Counted from the first letter of the stretch, positions 19,101-31,082 are shown. The stretch is 64,000 nucleotides of DNA from Candidatus Mediterraneibacter intestinavium (GCA_019119205.1 DWXK01000028.1:929-64928); one strand, 5' to 3'. Translations and numbers: made by a program. Notes: generated by a model not told the origin, from the letters alone.

Positions 19101-20728
19101 ACCTCGATGGACGGAGAGTCCATGACCATCTCGTCTGTGATACTGGTCAGGTTCGTGATCTCAAAGGGAATCGGACGCTCCGGGTTCACAAAGGTGCTGA
19201 AGCGGTCCACGATCTCTCCATTCACGACTTTGACTGCCCCGATCTCAATGATCCGGTCTCTGACCGAACTGAACCCGGTGGTCTCAATATCAAAGACGAT
19301 ATAAGTATCATCCAGAGTCTGTTCTCCGGCGTTCACCGCAATATCCGTCAGGTCATCCACCACGTAGCCTTCCACGCCGTAGATGACTTTAAAGGGATCG
19401 TCCGCATCCAGTGTCTCTATGTAATGGTTGGCATCAGGGAACGCCTGCGCCACGCCGTGATCCGTGATCGCGATCGCCGGATGCCCCCAGTCGTGAGCGC
19501 GCTTCACGATATCTTTCACCTCTGAGACGCCGTCCATATCGCTCATCTTTGTATGGCAGTGGAGTTCCACCCTCTTTGCAGGACTTAAGTCCTTCCTTGA
19601 GACTGTAAAATCACCGATCTTCTTGATGCCCGTCACCGATCCGATAGTCAGCTCTCCGTCGAATTTATCGATGGTGGTGATGCCCTTGATCTTTACAAAA
19701 GCGCCCTTCTTGAGTTCCCCAAGGATCTCCGGGAGCTGGTCGTTCCTTGTGAACATCTTGACAGTGATCGTATCCGCAAAATCCGTCACCGCAAACATGA
19801 TGATCGTCTTCTCATTCCGGATCTCACGGGTGTCAAAGTTGATGATCTTTCCATGGATGGTGATCTCTCCCATCTCGGTCACGACCTGATCCAGAGTGAT
19901 CGGTTCATCATCAAAATTCTTTCCGTAAATAAGGTTCAGATCATCCCCGATCTTGACCGGACGGTAGAAGTCTTTCTTCTTGAACTCCTTCCTTCCCTTC
20001 TCTCTGTGTCCGGCCCCTGAGCCGCCCGTCCTGCCGGAGTCTGTCTTTCCTGTTCCGGAAGCCTGGGACGCCTTCTTTTCCTGATCATTTTTCTTTTCTG
20101 AACCGCTGCCGGAGACCTCTTCTCCCCGCTGTCTGGCCCGCCGTTCGAAGATCGCATTGATCTCCTGCTGGATCCGCTGCTCATCGTACTCTCTCGTCCC
20201 ATTTCCTTTTGGAGAATGGTATGAGATGTGTATATCAGCCGGAATACAAAATCTTTGGTCATATATCTCCTTGAGAATCCCCAGGATCTCCTCCTTCCGT
20301 CCTTCAGAGACGATGGTGTCCACCAGACCAAGCCGGATCACTCCGCCCTCTTCAAACCGGATGTCAGCCTGAGAGAACATATTTGCCGCCAGCACACTGA
20401 CTGTCTTCAGTTCCTCTATGATACTCTCCCTGTATTCTCTCATCAGCGCTTCCGGTGTATACTGTCCGGAAAGTTCATACCGCTCTTTGATCTGGACCGA
20501 CACAGCAGTGGTGCCAAAAAGCTGATCCTTGATCCGCTGCTCCATCTGCCAGATCTGCTTTTTCTGGATCAGATGCCGGCTGAAAATGTGAACGTGAAGA
20601 AAATCACGACTGGAATTCGTCGTGATCTTCTTTACTTCAACATCTCCGAAGAGAACCCTTATATCGTCCTCCACTTTCAGTGTGGGGAACACATTGAAAA
20701 ACGCCTTTTCGTTCTTTACTGTTTCCAA
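16190..20728 (-). CDS. polC: PolC-type DNA polymerase III alpha subunit
   Basis: [16 protein letters not shown] domain, VFDIETTG exonuclease, [20 protein letters not shown]. Confidence 0.98.
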   Translation of the reverse strand: METVKNEKAFFNVFPTLKVEDDIRVLFGDVEVKKITTNSSRDFLHVHIFSRHLIQKKQIWQMEQRIKDQLFGTTAVSVQIKERYELSGQYTPEALMREYRESIIEELKTVSVLAANMFSQADIRFEEGGVIRLGLVDTIVSEGRKEEILGILKEIYDQRFCIPADIHISYHSPKGNGTREYDEQRIQQEINAIFERRARQRGEEVSGSGSEKKNDQEKKASQASGTGKTDSGRTGGSGAGHREKGRKEFKKKDFYRPVKIGDDLNLIYGKNFDDEPITLDQVVTEMGEITIHGKIINFDTREIRNEKTIIMFAVTDFADTITVKMFTRNDQLPEILGELKKGAFVKIKGITTIDKFDGELTIGSVTGIKKIGDFTVSRKDLSPAKRVELHCHTKMSDMDGVSEVKDIVKRAHDWGHPAIAITDHGVAQAFPDANHYIETLDADDPFKVIYGVEGYVVDDLTDIAVNAGEQTLDDTYIVFDIETTGFSSVRDRIIEIGAVKVVNGEIVDRFSTFVNPERPIPFEITNLTSITDEMVMDSPSIEVILPQFLEFVGDGVLVAHNAGFDVGFIEQNCRNQAIERKFTYVDTVAMARVLLPTLSKYKLNIVAKALGISLENHHRAVDDAGATAEIFVKFVEMLKDRHITTLKEMNHFGDRNVNAIRKMATHHIIILAKNDIGRFNLYQLITESHLTYYARRPRIPKSLLNEYREGLIIGSACEAGELYQAILEKRSAEQIARLADFYDYYEIQPIGNNRFMIESDRLPDVTSEEDLRNLNREIVELGEKFKKPVVATCDVHFLDPEDEVYRRIIMAGKGFDDADTQPPLFLRTTEEMLDEFAYLGSAKAREIVIDNPNKIARMVEKISPVNPNKCPPVIENSDQELRDICYRKAHEMYGEDLPVQVSSRLEKELNSIISNGYAVMYIIAQKLVWKSNADGYLVGSRGSVGSSFVATMSGITEVNPLSPHYYCKKCHYSDFESEEVRAFAGGCGYDMPDRNCPVCGEKLVKAGFDIPFETFLGFKGDKEPDIDLNFSGDYQAKAHKYTEVLFGEGHTFKAGTIGTLADKTAYGFVKNYYEEHEQRKRKCEIERVTVGCTGIRRSTGQHPGGIVVLPHGHDINEFTPVQHPANDMECGIITTHFDYHSIDHNLLKLDILGHDDPTMIRTLEDYITSDAMDNEYNEEHPFIATEIPLDDERVIELFHGTEVLGIKPEDIDGCKLGCLGIPEFGTDFVIQMVEDTKPQTLSDLIRISGLSHGTNVWLGNAQELVKSGKATISTAICTRDDIMIYLINKGVESALAFTIMESVRKGKGLKPEWEEAMKAQDVPDWYIWSCKKISYMFPKAHAAAYVMMAYRIAYCKINYPLAYYAAYFGIRADAFSYEIMCQGKEKLDYYMKDYKKRIDSLSKKEQDVMKDMKIVQEMYARGFEFMPIDIYRAKAKMFQIIDGKLMPSLASIEGMGDKAAEAVEEASKDGPYLSLDDFRQRTKVSKTVIDLMADLGLFGDLPQSNQLSLFDF

Positions 20729-21771
20729 TTTAACAACTCCTGACGTAATGTGCTGAGAAGTTCCTCCTCTTTTACTTTCTTTACGATCTGTCCTTTCTTT
20801 ATAAGGAGCCCTTCGCCGATGCCTCCGGCGATTCCGATATCAGCTTCTTTCGCCTCCCCCGGACCGTTAACAACACATCCCATGACTGCAACCTTAATGT
20901 CAAGAGGAATATCAGACACCATTTTTTCTACCTCATTGGCAAGACTGATGAGATCGATCTTCGTCCTGCCGCATGTAGGACATGACACGACCTCGATCCC
21001 GCCTTTTCGCAGCCCCAGCGTCTTTAACACAAGCTTTGCAGTACGGATCTCTTCCACCGGATCTCCTGTGAGCGAGACGCGGATCGTGTTTCCGATCCCT
21101 TCGTGAAGTATGATCCCGAGCCCTACAGAGGATTTGATATTCCCCGAATATACAGTCCCGGACTCTGTGATACCCACATGGAGCGGATAGTGACACTGTT
21201 TTGCGATCAGTTCATGTGCCTCGACGCACATCAGGACGTCTGAAGATTTGATGCTGACGACCAGGTTGTCATACCCCATCTCCTCGATCATACGCACTTT
21301 GTCAAGCGCGCTCTCCACGATGCCCTCCGCAGTGACACCGCCGTACTTTTCCAGGAGATGTTTCTCAAGAGAGCCGCTGTTGACTCCCACACGGATCGGA
21401 ACTCCATATTCCTTTGCCTTGTCCACCACAGCCTGTACTTTTTCGCGGGATCCGATGTTTCCCGGATTGATGCGGATCTTGTCCGCGCCGTTCTGGATCG
21501 CCGCAATGGCGAGCCGGTAGTCAAAATGGATGTCTGCCACGAGCGGGATATGGATATTTTTCTTTATCTCTCTGAGCGCCTCAGCCGCTTCCATGGTGGG
21601 GACAGCGCAGCGGATGATCTCACATCCCGCTGCCTCCAGGCGCAGGATCTGTTCCGTCGTCGCCGCCGCATCTTCTGTCTTCGTATTCGTCATGGACTGG
21701 ATGGCAATCGGGTTTCCGCCGCCGATCTTTACATTACCGATCTGAATTTCTTTTGTCTGGTCTCTGTACAT
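20716..21771 (-). CDS. ispG: (E)-4-hydroxy-3-methylbut-2-enyl-diphosphate synthase
   Basis: [38 protein letters not shown]. Confidence 0.97.
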   Translation of the reverse strand: MYRDQTKEIQIGNVKIGGGNPIAIQSMTNTKTEDAAATTEQILRLEAAGCEIIRCAVPTMEAAEALREIKKNIHIPLVADIHFDYRLAIAAIQNGADKIRINPGNIGSREKVQAVVDKAKEYGVPIRVGVNSGSLEKHLLEKYGGVTAEGIVESALDKVRMIEEMGYDNLVVSIKSSDVLMCVEAHELIAKQCHYPLHVGITESGTVYSGNIKSSVGLGIILHEGIGNTIRVSLTGDPVEEIRTAKLVLKTLGLRKGGIEVVSCPTCGRTKIDLISLANEVEKMVSDIPLDIKVAVMGCVVNGPGEAKEADIGIAGGIGEGLLIKKGQIVKKVKEEELLSTLRQELLNWKQ

Positions 21772-21786
21772 CTGACTTTCCTCCGA

Positions 21787-22230
21787 TCAATCCTTTTCAA
21801 AGGTCATCTGGCTTCCGTATTCCCGCTCTGTCAGGGTAAGCGTTGTATTCTCGATGTTATACTCATATGTCCCCTCTATATTGTCAAGCAGGTCCTGGAT
21901 CTGCGTCTCTGTGATCTCCCCGTTTGTATCTTCCGCCTGTTCTCTTACCGCCTCATCACTGACACGCACGGTAAGGACTTTGCTGGATTTGTCCACGCTG
22001 CACTCTGTAGTCACACTGATCGTGCCGTTCTGTACGATCACACTTTCCCTTTCGTCCGTAAACGTCAGGGTGATATCTCCCTCGTCGCCGACCCAGGTCC
22101 CCTCGAGAGGGTTATCTGTAAACAGCTTGACGACAAAAAATACTGCGACGATGATGATCAGTACGGAAGAAACTGTAAGCACTGTCCTCCACGCTGTATT
22201 TCTCTTTTCTTCGCTGTTTTTCATAAACAT
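21787..22230 (-). CDS. Hypothetical single-TM membrane protein (LEGTW beta-rich extracellular domain)
   Basis: ORF within the operon, N-terminal TM helix, RBS before ATG 22230. Confidence 0.7.
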   Translation of the reverse strand: MFMKNSEEKRNTAWRTVLTVSSVLIIIVAVFFVVKLFTDNPLEGTWVGDEGDITLTFTDERESVIVQNGTISVTTECSVDKSSKVLTVRVSDEAVREQAEDTNGEITETQIQDLLDNIEGTYEYNIENTTLTLTEREYGSQMTFEKD

Positions 22231-22270
22231 GATCACATCTCCCCTTCCATCTTGAAGTCTGTTTTTTTGT

Positions 22271-22780
22271 CTATCCAAAGAAGATTCCCAGGAAACCGTA
22301 GGACAGCACAGTCATGATAAACGCCGCAAGGCACACGCCCAGAACGATCGCCGGGAATGCTTTCCGGAACCGGATCCCCAGAAGCGCAGCGATCAGCGCG
22401 CCTGTCCATGCACCTGTTCCCGGAAGCGGGATCCCCACAAAGATCATCAGCCCCCAGAACTCATATTTCTCGATCTGGTCGCTCTTGCTCATCGCTTTTT
22501 TCTCCAGCTTTTCTACGATAGGCTTCAGTTTTCTCGTTCCCTTCATCCAGTCAAAGATCTTCGTGATCAGAAGAAGGATGAACGGGATCGGGATCAGATT
22601 TCCCACCACGCAGATCGGGATCGCCTGCCACATGGGGATATCCAGAAGTGCAGGGCCTGCAGCAAGCAGCCCTCCTCTGAGTTCAAGTATCGGGACCATG
22701 GAAATGATAAATGCGATCAGTTCCTTTCCGACTTTCCCTCCAAGGGTTCCAATGAACCAGTCTATCATTGCTTCACTCAT
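22271..22780 (-). CDS. Small multi-drug export family membrane protein (COG2426)
   Basis: SMVPILELRGG, FVGIPLPGTGAWTG. Confidence 0.88.
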   Translation of the reverse strand: MSEAMIDWFIGTLGGKVGKELIAFIISMVPILELRGGLLAAGPALLDIPMWQAIPICVVGNLIPIPFILLLITKIFDWMKGTRKLKPIVEKLEKKAMSKSDQIEKYEFWGLMIFVGIPLPGTGAWTGALIAALLGIRFRKAFPAIVLGVCLAAFIMTVLSYGFLGIFFG

Positions 22781-22794
22781 AAATAGAATTCTCC

Positions 22795-23859
22795 TTATCT
22801 CTTGATATATTCATGGAGGAAATCAAAAAGAGCTTTCATTTCCTCCGGTGTGCCTATGGTGATCCTGAGATAGTCACCAATCCTGCCGCCATCCCAGTGC
22901 CTGACATAAATGTCATTCTCTTTAAGTGCACGGAACATCTCCCCCGCGTCTTTTTCCGGATGTGTCGCAAAAATGAAATTCGCCCTTGCGTCAGGAAAAG
23001 TAAATCCCAGCTTTTTGAGTTCTTCCTTTGCCGTCTCTCTGGTCTCTACTATCTTACGAACGCTCTCATGGAAATATTCAGTATCCTTCACTGCCTCCAC
23101 TCCACAGAGGATCGCCGTCTGGTTCATGGTGTAGGAATTAAAAGAATACTTCACATCATTCAGCAGTCGGATCAGTTCCGGGCTGGAGACGGCATACCCG
23201 ATGCGCATCCCTGCCATGCTCCTCGCTTTGGAGAAGGTCTGGACCACGATCAGGTTGTCGTACCGGTCGATCAGTTCCATCGCTGACTTTCCGGCAAAGT
23301 CGATATACGCCTCATCCACGATCACGATGGAATCCCGGTTGTGCTCCAGGATGTCCTCCACAAAGTCAAGTTCCTCGTAGATCGCAGTCGGCGCATTGGG
23401 GTTCGGGAAGATGATCCCGCCGTTCTCCCTGTAATAGTCCTCTCTCACGATCCGGAAGTCCTCATCCAATGCCGGACATTCATAGGGGATCCGGTATAAC
23501 TGAGCCCAGACTTTGTAAAAAGAATATGTAATGTCCGGGAACAGGATCGGCTTCTCCGAATTAAAGAAAGTAAGGAAGCACATGGAGAGCACATCGTCAG
23601 ATCCCACTCCCACAAACACCTGATCCTTCCCCACGCCGTAACACTCAGCAAGCGCCCTGACAAGAGGCTCCGCTGTCGGATCCGGATACAGGCGGAAACG
23701 GTCGGTATCCATGCTCTGCACTACTTCCCGAACTCCGGGCGCAGGCGGATAAGGATTCTCATTCGTATTCAGTTTGATGACCCTGTTCTGGGGCTGCTCC
23801 CCCGGAACATAGGGCTCTGTCCTTCGTATGTTTTTCAGTAGTTCTGGTCTTATCGTCAT
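22795..23859 (-). CDS. hisC: Histidinol-phosphate aminotransferase
   Basis: IKLNTNENPYP, NPNAPT, VDEAY, TFSK...AGMRIGY. Confidence 0.93.
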   Translation of the reverse strand: MTIRPELLKNIRRTEPYVPGEQPQNRVIKLNTNENPYPPAPGVREVVQSMDTDRFRLYPDPTAEPLVRALAECYGVGKDQVFVGVGSDDVLSMCFLTFFNSEKPILFPDITYSFYKVWAQLYRIPYECPALDEDFRIVREDYYRENGGIIFPNPNAPTAIYEELDFVEDILEHNRDSIVIVDEAYIDFAGKSAMELIDRYDNLIVVQTFSKARSMAGMRIGYAVSSPELIRLLNDVKYSFNSYTMNQTAILCGVEAVKDTEYFHESVRKIVETRETAKEELKKLGFTFPDARANFIFATHPEKDAGEMFRALKENDIYVRHWDGGRIGDYLRITIGTPEEMKALFDFLHEYIKR

Positions 23860-23914
23860 TTTTTTCTCCTACGGTCGAAAGACAGCCGCTTTCCGGCGGC
23901 GTCCTCTCTGTGAC

Positions 23915-25102
23915 TTATCTATACTCCGCTGCAAGTTCTGCGAATCCGGGCAGAGAGTTGACGATCGTCTCATATGCCACACAATACGCGATCCTCACAT
24001 ACCCCGGGCATCCGAAAGAGCTTCCCGGAACAATGAGGATGTTATACTTCTTTGCTGCCGTGCAGAAGGCTTTTTCGTCTTCTACCGGAGACTTGACGAA
24101 CAGATAGAACGCGCCCTCGGGCTTGATACACTCAAAGCCAAGCTCTTTTAACCCATTATACAACGTTTCACGGTTCCTGTCATAGAAAGAGATGTCTGTT
24201 TTTGCATCAAGGCATGCTTTTACCACTTTCTGCTGAAGAGTCGGCGCGTTGACAAAGCCAAGGATACGTGTGGCAACGTTCGCCGCCGAGATCAGGTCCT
24301 CACTGTCCGCCGCCTCGTCCGGGATCACCAGATAGCCGATGCGCTCTCCCGGCAGGGAAAGGGATTTACTGTAGGAGTATCCCACCACTGTGTTCGCATA
24401 ATACTTTGTCAGATAGGGGACCTCTACGCCGTCATAAGCAAGTTCTCTGTACGGCTCGTCCGAGATCAGATAGATATCTGTCCCGTACTCTTTCTGTTTC
24501 TTCTCCATGACAGCTGCCATCTTTTTGATGGTCTCCTCAGAGTAGACCACTCCGGTAGGATTGTTCGGCGTATTGACGATGACTGCCTTTGTCTTCGGCG
24601 TGATCTTCTCCTCAAACTCATCCAGTTTCGGCTGGAATGTAGCTGTATCCGGAGAGATCTCCACGAGGACGCCGTCATAATTGTTTACATAGCTTCTGTA
24701 TTCTCCAAAGTAGGGAACAAAAGTGATCACTTCATCCCCGGGGTTCAGGAGCGCCTTCAGGATCACATTGAGCCCTCCTGCCGCTCCTACTGTCATGGTG
24801 ATGTTCTTTCCGGAAAACGCTGTCCCGAACCTCTTGTTCAGGGACTCCGCGACTGCCTGGCGCACATCTTCATATCCCGCATTGCTGTTCGTGTATCCAT
24901 GAAGGACGACCGGATCCTCCTCATCCAGCAGATCGATGATCGCCTTCTTCACAGCCTCCGGAGCCGGCACATTAGGATTGCCCAGGCTGAAATCAAATAC
25001 ATTTTCAGCCCCGTAGATCTTCGCCAGACGGTTCCCTTCCTCGAACATCGCCCGGATCGCCGAACTGTTTGCCACCATGTTTTCCATCTTTTTTGAAATC
25101 AT
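23915..25102 (-). CDS. PLP-dependent class I (aspartate-type) aminotransferase
   Basis: NTPNNPTG, ISDEPY, SYSKSLSLPGERIGY, PEGAFY. Confidence 0.9.
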   Translation of the reverse strand: MISKKMENMVANSSAIRAMFEEGNRLAKIYGAENVFDFSLGNPNVPAPEAVKKAIIDLLDEEDPVVLHGYTNSNAGYEDVRQAVAESLNKRFGTAFSGKNITMTVGAAGGLNVILKALLNPGDEVITFVPYFGEYRSYVNNYDGVLVEISPDTATFQPKLDEFEEKITPKTKAVIVNTPNNPTGVVYSEETIKKMAAVMEKKQKEYGTDIYLISDEPYRELAYDGVEVPYLTKYYANTVVGYSYSKSLSLPGERIGYLVIPDEAADSEDLISAANVATRILGFVNAPTLQQKVVKACLDAKTDISFYDRNRETLYNGLKELGFECIKPEGAFYLFVKSPVEDEKAFCTAAKKYNILIVPGSSFGCPGYVRIAYCVAYETIVNSLPGFAELAAEYR

Positions 25103-25128
25103 CACTTTCACTCCATTTCTTCTGTAAT

Positions 25129-26022
25129 CTATCTCTCTGTCACAATACCCTTGTCCACCATGAATGCCGGTCTGTAGGACAGTTTCGCTTTCCTGAGCCC
25201 CTCAGATCCCGCATCATCCTCGCGGTTTACATAAGTGTAGTCCATACACTCATGCTGCACAAACTGCTGGTTGATCATCGGGTACGCACCTTCAATGTCC
25301 GCAAACGCCTTTTCAATGTGGACCACGAAAGTGTCGCTGCACACCGGTTCTCCCAGCGAGAAAGCCGCGATCTCCCCGTTCACTCTCAGGATACCGCCCC
25401 TTAGTCCCAGTTCTTTATAAAGGCGCAGGGAGTTCAGCGTCACGCACATCTCCGCGTTCTTCTCCGTATCGTCGTCGCAGCCGTTCAGGTTCCTCCATTT
25501 GAGAGCCATCTGGAAACATTCTTCTACATTGCCGTCATCGATGCTCTCATAGGACCAGTCGGGATAGAGTTTCATAAATTTATTGATATGGTTCCGCTTT
25601 CCATGGAGTTTTTTCCCAGCGAGCGTTGCGAGTTTCTCTGTCTCATAGACATAATCCGCCACATCGCGCACATACTCGATCTGGAACCGTCCCGGGAACC
25701 ACTCTTCAAGCTGTTCAAAATGCTCGGGAGTCACATTGTAGAGTTTAAACGGATGTCCGCCCTCCCGGCAGTATTCCATAAGCGCCTCCAGTGCTCTCTT
25801 CACAGCCTCCGGTTCTCCTGCCGGATACGCAAACGCATATCCGTCTCCCTCGTCCCGGAACACCAGGGCATCCTCGATCACGGCAAACTTTACCTTGTAA
25901 TGCCTGGACCAGAGGAAGACGTTCACAAAAGTCCTTTCACAGCTCCTCCCCGGAGCTTGAGAAAAATAGCGGTTGATCAGGTCTCTGTCCTCCAGTTCAG
26001 GACGTTTAAAATCATATTCCAT
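25129..26022 (-). CDS. DUF2156 domain protein (aminoacyl-phosphatidylglycerol transferase-like GNAT fold)
   Basis: DYVY...LAGKKLHGKRNH, VHIEKA, NREDDAG.EGLRKAKLSY.P. Confidence 0.85.
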   Translation of the reverse strand: MEYDFKRPELEDRDLINRYFSQAPGRSCERTFVNVFLWSRHYKVKFAVIEDALVFRDEGDGYAFAYPAGEPEAVKRALEALMEYCREGGHPFKLYNVTPEHFEQLEEWFPGRFQIEYVRDVADYVYETEKLATLAGKKLHGKRNHINKFMKLYPDWSYESIDDGNVEECFQMALKWRNLNGCDDDTEKNAEMCVTLNSLRLYKELGLRGGILRVNGEIAAFSLGEPVCSDTFVVHIEKAFADIEGAYPMINQQFVQHECMDYTYVNREDDAGSEGLRKAKLSYRPAFMVDKGIVTER

Positions 26023-26028
26023 TGATCA

Positions 26029-27099
26029 TCAGTCCTCCATCTTCGCAAGTTTTGCGGTCTGGTCAGCTGCGATCAGGCTGTCTATGATCTCATCCAGGTC
26101 ACCGTTTAAGATACTGTCCAGCTTGTGCAGGGTCAGCTTGATCCGGTGGTCTGTCACTCTTCCCTGCGGGAAGTTGTATGTCCGTATCTTCTCGGAGCGG
26201 TCTCCCGTCCCGATCTGGCTCCTTCTCGCCTCAGCCTCCGACGCCTGCTGTTTCTCCAGTTCCAGATCGTAAAGTTTGGAGCGGAGCAGGCGGAACGCCT
26301 TCTCTTTGTTCTGGAGCTGGGATTTCTCAGTCTGGCTGTAGATCACGATCCCTGTGGGATAGTGGGTGAGACGGACCGCAGAATCGGTAGTGTTGACACA
26401 CTGCCCCCCATTTCCTGAGGCACGCATGACATCAATACGGATATCTTTCTCATCGATCACGACGTCAACCTCTTCCGCCTCCGGCATGATCGCCACGGTA
26501 ATGGTGGAAGTATGGATCCTTCCGCCGCTCTCCGTCTCCGGTACTCTCTGCACGCGGTGCACGCCGCTCTCGTATTTCAGCCGGGAGTACGCTCCCTGTC
26601 CCGTGATCATAAAGACACATTCCTTGAATCCCCCGATCCCGTTCTCATTCAGGGAGATCATCTCTGTCCTCCACCCTCTGCTGTCCGCATAATGAACATA
26701 CATACGGTAAACTTCCGCTGCAAACAGAGCCGCTTCGTCTCCGCCTGCCCCGGCGCGGATCTCCACGATGACATTCTTGTCATCATTCGGGTCTTTCGGA
26801 AGGAGAAGGATCTTCAGTTCCTGCTCCAGCTCGGCAACCCTGTCCCTGGATACGCCAAGTTCCTCTTTTGCCAGTTCCCTCATTTCCTCGTCGGACTCCT
26901 CTTCCAGGATGGCAAGGCTGTCCTCGATGTTCTGGCTGCATGTCTTGTATTCTTTATATGCTTCGACGATCGGCGCAAGGTCACTCTGTTCCTTCATCAG
27001 CTTCCGAAACCTTGCCGGATCGTTCGCCACATCGGGTTCCTGCAGTTCCCCCATCACTTCTTCGTATCGAATCAGTAAATCGTCTAATCTGTCAAACAT
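26029..27099 (-). CDS. prfA: Peptide chain release factor 1
   Basis: GGQ motif, PET tripeptide, [11 protein letters not shown]. Confidence 0.97.
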   Translation of the reverse strand: MFDRLDDLLIRYEEVMGELQEPDVANDPARFRKLMKEQSDLAPIVEAYKEYKTCSQNIEDSLAILEEESDEEMRELAKEELGVSRDRVAELEQELKILLLPKDPNDDKNVIVEIRAGAGGDEAALFAAEVYRMYVHYADSRGWRTEMISLNENGIGGFKECVFMITGQGAYSRLKYESGVHRVQRVPETESGGRIHTSTITVAIMPEAEEVDVVIDEKDIRIDVMRASGNGGQCVNTTDSAVRLTHYPTGIVIYSQTEKSQLQNKEKAFRLLRSKLYDLELEKQQASEAEARRSQIGTGDRSEKIRTYNFPQGRVTDHRIKLTLHKLDSILNGDLDEIIDSLIAADQTAKLAKMED

Positions 27100-27155
27100 T
27101 TTTCACTGTCCTTTTCTAAAATATAATCTCTCTTATAGTCTCTGTTTCTCCTGAA

Positions 27156-28079
27156 TCACTGTAACACGCCCGACACAACACGGTCAAGACCTGCCAGATC
27201 CTTTTTCACTGTGATCTCTGTATATCCCGCGCTTTCAAAAAGCTCTGAGACCTCCTCTGCCTGATCATATCCGATCTCAAAGATGAGGATCCCTCCCGGC
27301 TCAAGAAAGCCCGGCGCGTCTGAGATGATCTTTCTATAAAAATAGAGCCCGTCCTCTTTTCCGTCCAGTGCGATGAACGGATCGTGCAGCCGGACCTCCT
27401 CCTGCAGGGATCTGATCTCCTCCGTACGGATATAAGGCGGATTCGACAAGATCATCCCGTATCTTCCCGCGATATTTTCAAAAAGATCGCTCTTTACGAA
27501 TCCTGCAGACGGATACAGCCTCTCTGCATTCTTTTCTGCCACGCAGAGCGCATCTTCGGAGATATCAGCCCCCACGCCTTCGACTGTTCCCGGCAGGTTT
27601 CTTTTTTTCAGGTCTTCCCGAGCAAACGTGAGCACGCTCAGAAGGATGCACCCGGATCCCGTACACATATCCAGGACCCTCACTTTTCCTTCTCTCTCAG
27701 GCACCTTCCCCTTCTTCAGATGATCGAGGGCATATTCTACGAGAGTCTCCGTATCCTGCCGGGGGATGAGCACATGCTCATTCACCTGAAACTCCAGCCC
27801 CATAAATTCCTGGGTCCCGGTGAGATGCTGGAGCGGGATATGTCTCCCCCTTCTTTGTACCAGGTCACGATATCCGCTCTCCTGCTCTGCTGTCATTTCC
27901 GTTTCCGGATATGCATAGTATGCAGCCCTGCTCACGCCTGTCACATGTTCCAAAAGATACCAGGCATCAAGCGCCGCCTCTTCCACGCCGTTTTTCTCAA
28001 GTTCTGCCCTTCCCCAGGACACCGCGTCTTTCAGAGTCACGCCATTCCGGTTTTCTTCCGGACATATCCCGTTTCTCAT
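27156..28079 (-). CDS. prmC: Release factor glutamine methyltransferase
   Basis: VLIPRQDTE, LDMCTGSG, SNPPY; start re-set to the ATG overlapping the upstream stop. Confidence 0.94.
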   Translation of the reverse strand: MRNGICPEENRNGVTLKDAVSWGRAELEKNGVEEAALDAWYLLEHVTGVSRAAYYAYPETEMTAEQESGYRDLVQRRGRHIPLQHLTGTQEFMGLEFQVNEHVLIPRQDTETLVEYALDHLKKGKVPEREGKVRVLDMCTGSGCILLSVLTFAREDLKKRNLPGTVEGVGADISEDALCVAEKNAERLYPSAGFVKSDLFENIAGRYGMILSNPPYIRTEEIRSLQEEVRLHDPFIALDGKEDGLYFYRKIISDAPGFLEPGGILIFEIGYDQAEEVSELFESAGYTEITVKKDLAGLDRVVSGVLQ

Positions 28080-28993
28080 CGCAGGTTCTCCTTCTGCCAT
28101 GTCCGCCAGTCGAAAACTTCTTCCACAGCGCGGATCCCGACTTCGATCATGTCGTCGTCCGGCTCTTTTGTGGTCATGTTCTGTACCCACATTCCCGGCC
28201 TGCTCAAGAGATTGATGAACGCATTGTCACTGTTCCCCGCAAGGCGGATGATCTCATAGGACACGCCGGCGATCAGAGGCAGCAGGGCGATCCGGATGAC
28301 CACGCGCAGCACCTGTGATTCTGCCGTGATAAAAAAGCAGAAGATAATGCTCACGATCATCACAAAGAACAGGAAACTGGTCCCGCACCTCTTGTGCTGT
28401 TTGGAACTTTTCCGCACATTCTCCACATTCAGTTCCAGACCGTGTTCAATACAGTTGATGCACTTGTGTTCCGCCCCGTGATACATGAAAGTCCGCTTGA
28501 TGTCTTCTGTCCTGGATATAAGATAGATGTAGAGCAGGAAGATAACGACACGGATCACTCCCTCGAAGATCGTCATCAGCGCTCTCGACGAGGTGTACTT
28601 CTCCACAAAGCTGCTGAGAAAATACGGCAGCACCATGAAGATCGCGACAGCGATCACCACCGCAAGCACAACCGTCAGGTTCATGATCAGCTTTTCCGTC
28701 TTCTCCTGTTTTGCAGCCTGCTCTTCCGTCAGGATCTCCTCTTCTTCGTCCTCAAAAAAACTTGCAGAAAACATAAGTGTCTTCATCCCCAGCACAAGAG
28801 AATCCACAAAATTAAAGATTCCCCGGATGAACGGGATCTTGAGCGGGGCTTTCCACGGGATAATGCTGTTATAATCCTGCACATCCACAACGATCTCTCC
28901 GTCAGTCCTGCGCACGGCAACGGAGTATTTTCCCCCGTTCCTCATCATGATCCCTTCCAGGACAGCCTGCCCGCCAATATTTGATGATTTCAT
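28076..28993 (-). CDS. DUF1385 domain membrane protein
   Basis: IGGQAVLEG, YHGAEHK, HKRCGTSF; usual rpmE-DUF1385-prmC-prfA order. Confidence 0.92.
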   Translation of the reverse strand: MKSSNIGGQAVLEGIMMRNGGKYSVAVRRTDGEIVVDVQDYNSIIPWKAPLKIPFIRGIFNFVDSLVLGMKTLMFSASFFEDEEEEILTEEQAAKQEKTEKLIMNLTVVLAVVIAVAIFMVLPYFLSSFVEKYTSSRALMTIFEGVIRVVIFLLYIYLISRTEDIKRTFMYHGAEHKCINCIEHGLELNVENVRKSSKQHKRCGTSFLFFVMIVSIIFCFFITAESQVLRVVIRIALLPLIAGVSYEIIRLAGNSDNAFINLLSRPGMWVQNMTTKEPDDDMIEVGIRAVEEVFDWRTWQKENLR

Positions 28994-29014
28994 AATGCCT
29001 CCTGTGAACTTTTC

Positions 29015-29078
29015 ACTGTTCACACCTGCCCGCCGCCCCATGCGCATTCGTCGCGCTGACGCGCACAGTGTGAACAGT
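29015..29078. repeat. 64-bp intergenic palindromic element
   Basis: ACTGTTCACAC...GTGTGAACAGT 11-bp terminal inverted repeat with an inner TGCGC/GCGCA stem. Confidence 0.7.
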
Positions 29079-29087
29079 ACCTTAATG

Positions 29088-29118
29088 AAACAGGCTGAGA
29101 TGCTTCCACCTCAGCCTG
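29088..29118 (-). terminator. Probable terminator or attenuating hairpin after rpmE
   Basis: CAGGCTGAG...CTCAGCCTG stem followed by TTT on the minus strand. Confidence 0.55.
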
Positions 29119-29131
29119 CTGCATATCATTC

Positions 29132-29332
29132 TTATTTAATACCATATTTCTTGTTGAACTTGTCAACACGACCGCGAGCCTGTGCCGCTTTCTGCTGTCC
29201 TGTGTAGAACGGATGGCATTTGGAGCAGATTTCCACGTGGATGCTCTCGTTTGTGGATCCTGTAACAAATGTGTTTCCGCAGTTGCAGGTTACAGTTGCC
29301 TGATGGTACTCCGGATGTATTCCTTCGCGCAT
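29132..29332 (-). CDS. rpmE: 50S ribosomal protein L31 (zinc-binding type)
   Basis: [12 protein letters not shown] and CSKC motifs, HPFYTG. Confidence 0.97.
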   Translation of the reverse strand: MREGIHPEYHQATVTCNCGNTFVTGSTNESIHVEICSKCHPFYTGQQKAAQARGRVDKFNKKYGIK

Positions 29333-29423
29333 GATTTTCACCTCTCTATTTTAAAATTACTTATTATACTCTCTAAACAGCTTTCTAATTGTAGCATAAG
29401 ATATTTTCTTTTGCAATACTTTT

Positions 29424-30773
29424 TTAAATAAACTTCTGGCGGATCACCTGATGTACCAGTTCCGCATTCGTCTTTGTCTTTGAGAACATATTCAGCAGAT
29501 TGTCCACTGCCTCTTCCGCCTTCATCCCGTTCATGGCACGGCGCATGATATACACCGCTTCCTGCTCTTCCTTATTAAGGAGCAGGTCTTCACGCCTGGT
29601 CCCTGATTTCGGGATATCTACTGCCGGGAAGACTCTGCGTTCCTGAAGCTTTCTGTCAAGGATCAGTTCCATATTACCCGTCCCCTTGAACTCTTCATAG
29701 ATCACATCGTCCATCTTGCTTCCCGTATCCACCAGCGCGGTCGCCAGGATCGTAAGGCTTCCGCCTTCCCTCATATTTCTCGCCGCTCCGAAGAACCGTT
29801 TCGGGCTGTAGAGCGCTGCCGGGTCAAGTCCGCCGGAGAGCGTCCTTCCTGACGGCGGCACAGTCAGGTTATATGCCCTTGACAGTCTCGTGATGCTGTC
29901 CAGAAGGATCATCACATCCTTGCCGTGCTCTACGAGACGCTTTGCGCGGGCGATCACCATCTCTGATACCCTCTTGTGATGTTCCGGAAGTTCATCAAAA
30001 GTAGAATGGATCACTTCCACATTCGGCCCTTCGATCGTCTCTTTGATATCCGTCACCTCTTCCGGCCGCTCATCGATCAGAAGGATGAGCAGATGCATGC
30101 GCGGCTCGCTCTTCTGTACTGCAAGCGCCACTTCTTTCAGGAGCGTAGTCTTTCCTGCTTTCGGCGGAGATACGATCATACCCCTCTGCCCTTTTCCGAT
30201 CGGGGATACCAGGTCCACGATCCGCATCGCTGTGCTGCATCCTGTTGTCTCAAGGCGGATCCTCTTATTCGGGAAGATCGGGGTGAGATCTTCAAAGTTC
30301 TTCCTTTTCATCGCCTCGGAAGGACGGAGACCGTTGATGGTAGATACGTAGAGGAGCGCGCTGAACTTTTCTCCCTGGGTCTTGACCCTGGTATTACCCA
30401 TGATGATGTCACCGGTCTTCAACCCGAATCTGCGGATCTGGGACGGAGAGACATAGACATCATTTTCCCCGGGAAGATAGTTCTCGCAGCGGATGAACCC
30501 AAAGCCGTCCTGCATCACTTCCAGGATACCGTTGGCGGTATGTCCGCTGTCCAGCTGCTCGATATCCGTCTCCTCTTTCTTTTCCTTCATCTCTTCTTTT
30601 ACTTCTTCTTTCGCCTCATCGCTTGCCTCTTTCTGTTTTTCCTTCTCGTCAAGAGCGAGCATCGCGTCGATCAGGTCCCCTTTCTTCATTCCGGAGATCC
30701 CTTTCATCTTTCTCGCCTTTGCAAGGTCTTTCAGTGTGGCAAGGGGCAGAGATTCATACTTTTCTCTTGTCAT
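29424..30773 (-). CDS. rho: Transcription termination factor Rho
   Basis: [45 protein letters not shown]. Confidence 0.97.
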   Translation of the reverse strand: MTREKYESLPLATLKDLAKARKMKGISGMKKGDLIDAMLALDEKEKQKEASDEAKEEVKEEMKEKKEETDIEQLDSGHTANGILEVMQDGFGFIRCENYLPGENDVYVSPSQIRRFGLKTGDIIMGNTRVKTQGEKFSALLYVSTINGLRPSEAMKRKNFEDLTPIFPNKRIRLETTGCSTAMRIVDLVSPIGKGQRGMIVSPPKAGKTTLLKEVALAVQKSEPRMHLLILLIDERPEEVTDIKETIEGPNVEVIHSTFDELPEHHKRVSEMVIARAKRLVEHGKDVMILLDSITRLSRAYNLTVPPSGRTLSGGLDPAALYSPKRFFGAARNMREGGSLTILATALVDTGSKMDDVIYEEFKGTGNMELILDRKLQERRVFPAVDIPKSGTRREDLLLNKEEQEAVYIMRRAMNGMKAEEAVDNLLNMFSKTKTNAELVHQVIRQKFI

Positions 30774-31082
30774 AAATGCATTCTCTCCTTTTCTTTAATT
30801 GCATAGGTAACTCTAAGTCTGCGCACTATTTTCTGTCATTCGACTTCCGATGACAATTTATCTTCCAAATCTGTTGTTTCGGGATTTAACAGTCTGAACT
30901 GACTTTTGTGTGAAAGATCGTTAAATACAACCGTATTATACAGCATGTCCTATAAAATGAAAAGCTTTTTTTCATATTTATTTGCACATAAAGTTCAGGA
31001 GTGTTATGATAAACAGCAGTATGAGAATTTTTCGGCAGCCCCCTTGAAAGAGACTGCCTCATTGGAAAGGAGACCCCTCAGA

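Noticed and set aside
19930-20130. Possible intein or insertion in polC
   Set aside because: A low-complexity charged linker between the N-terminal and OB domains, with no intein splice motifs
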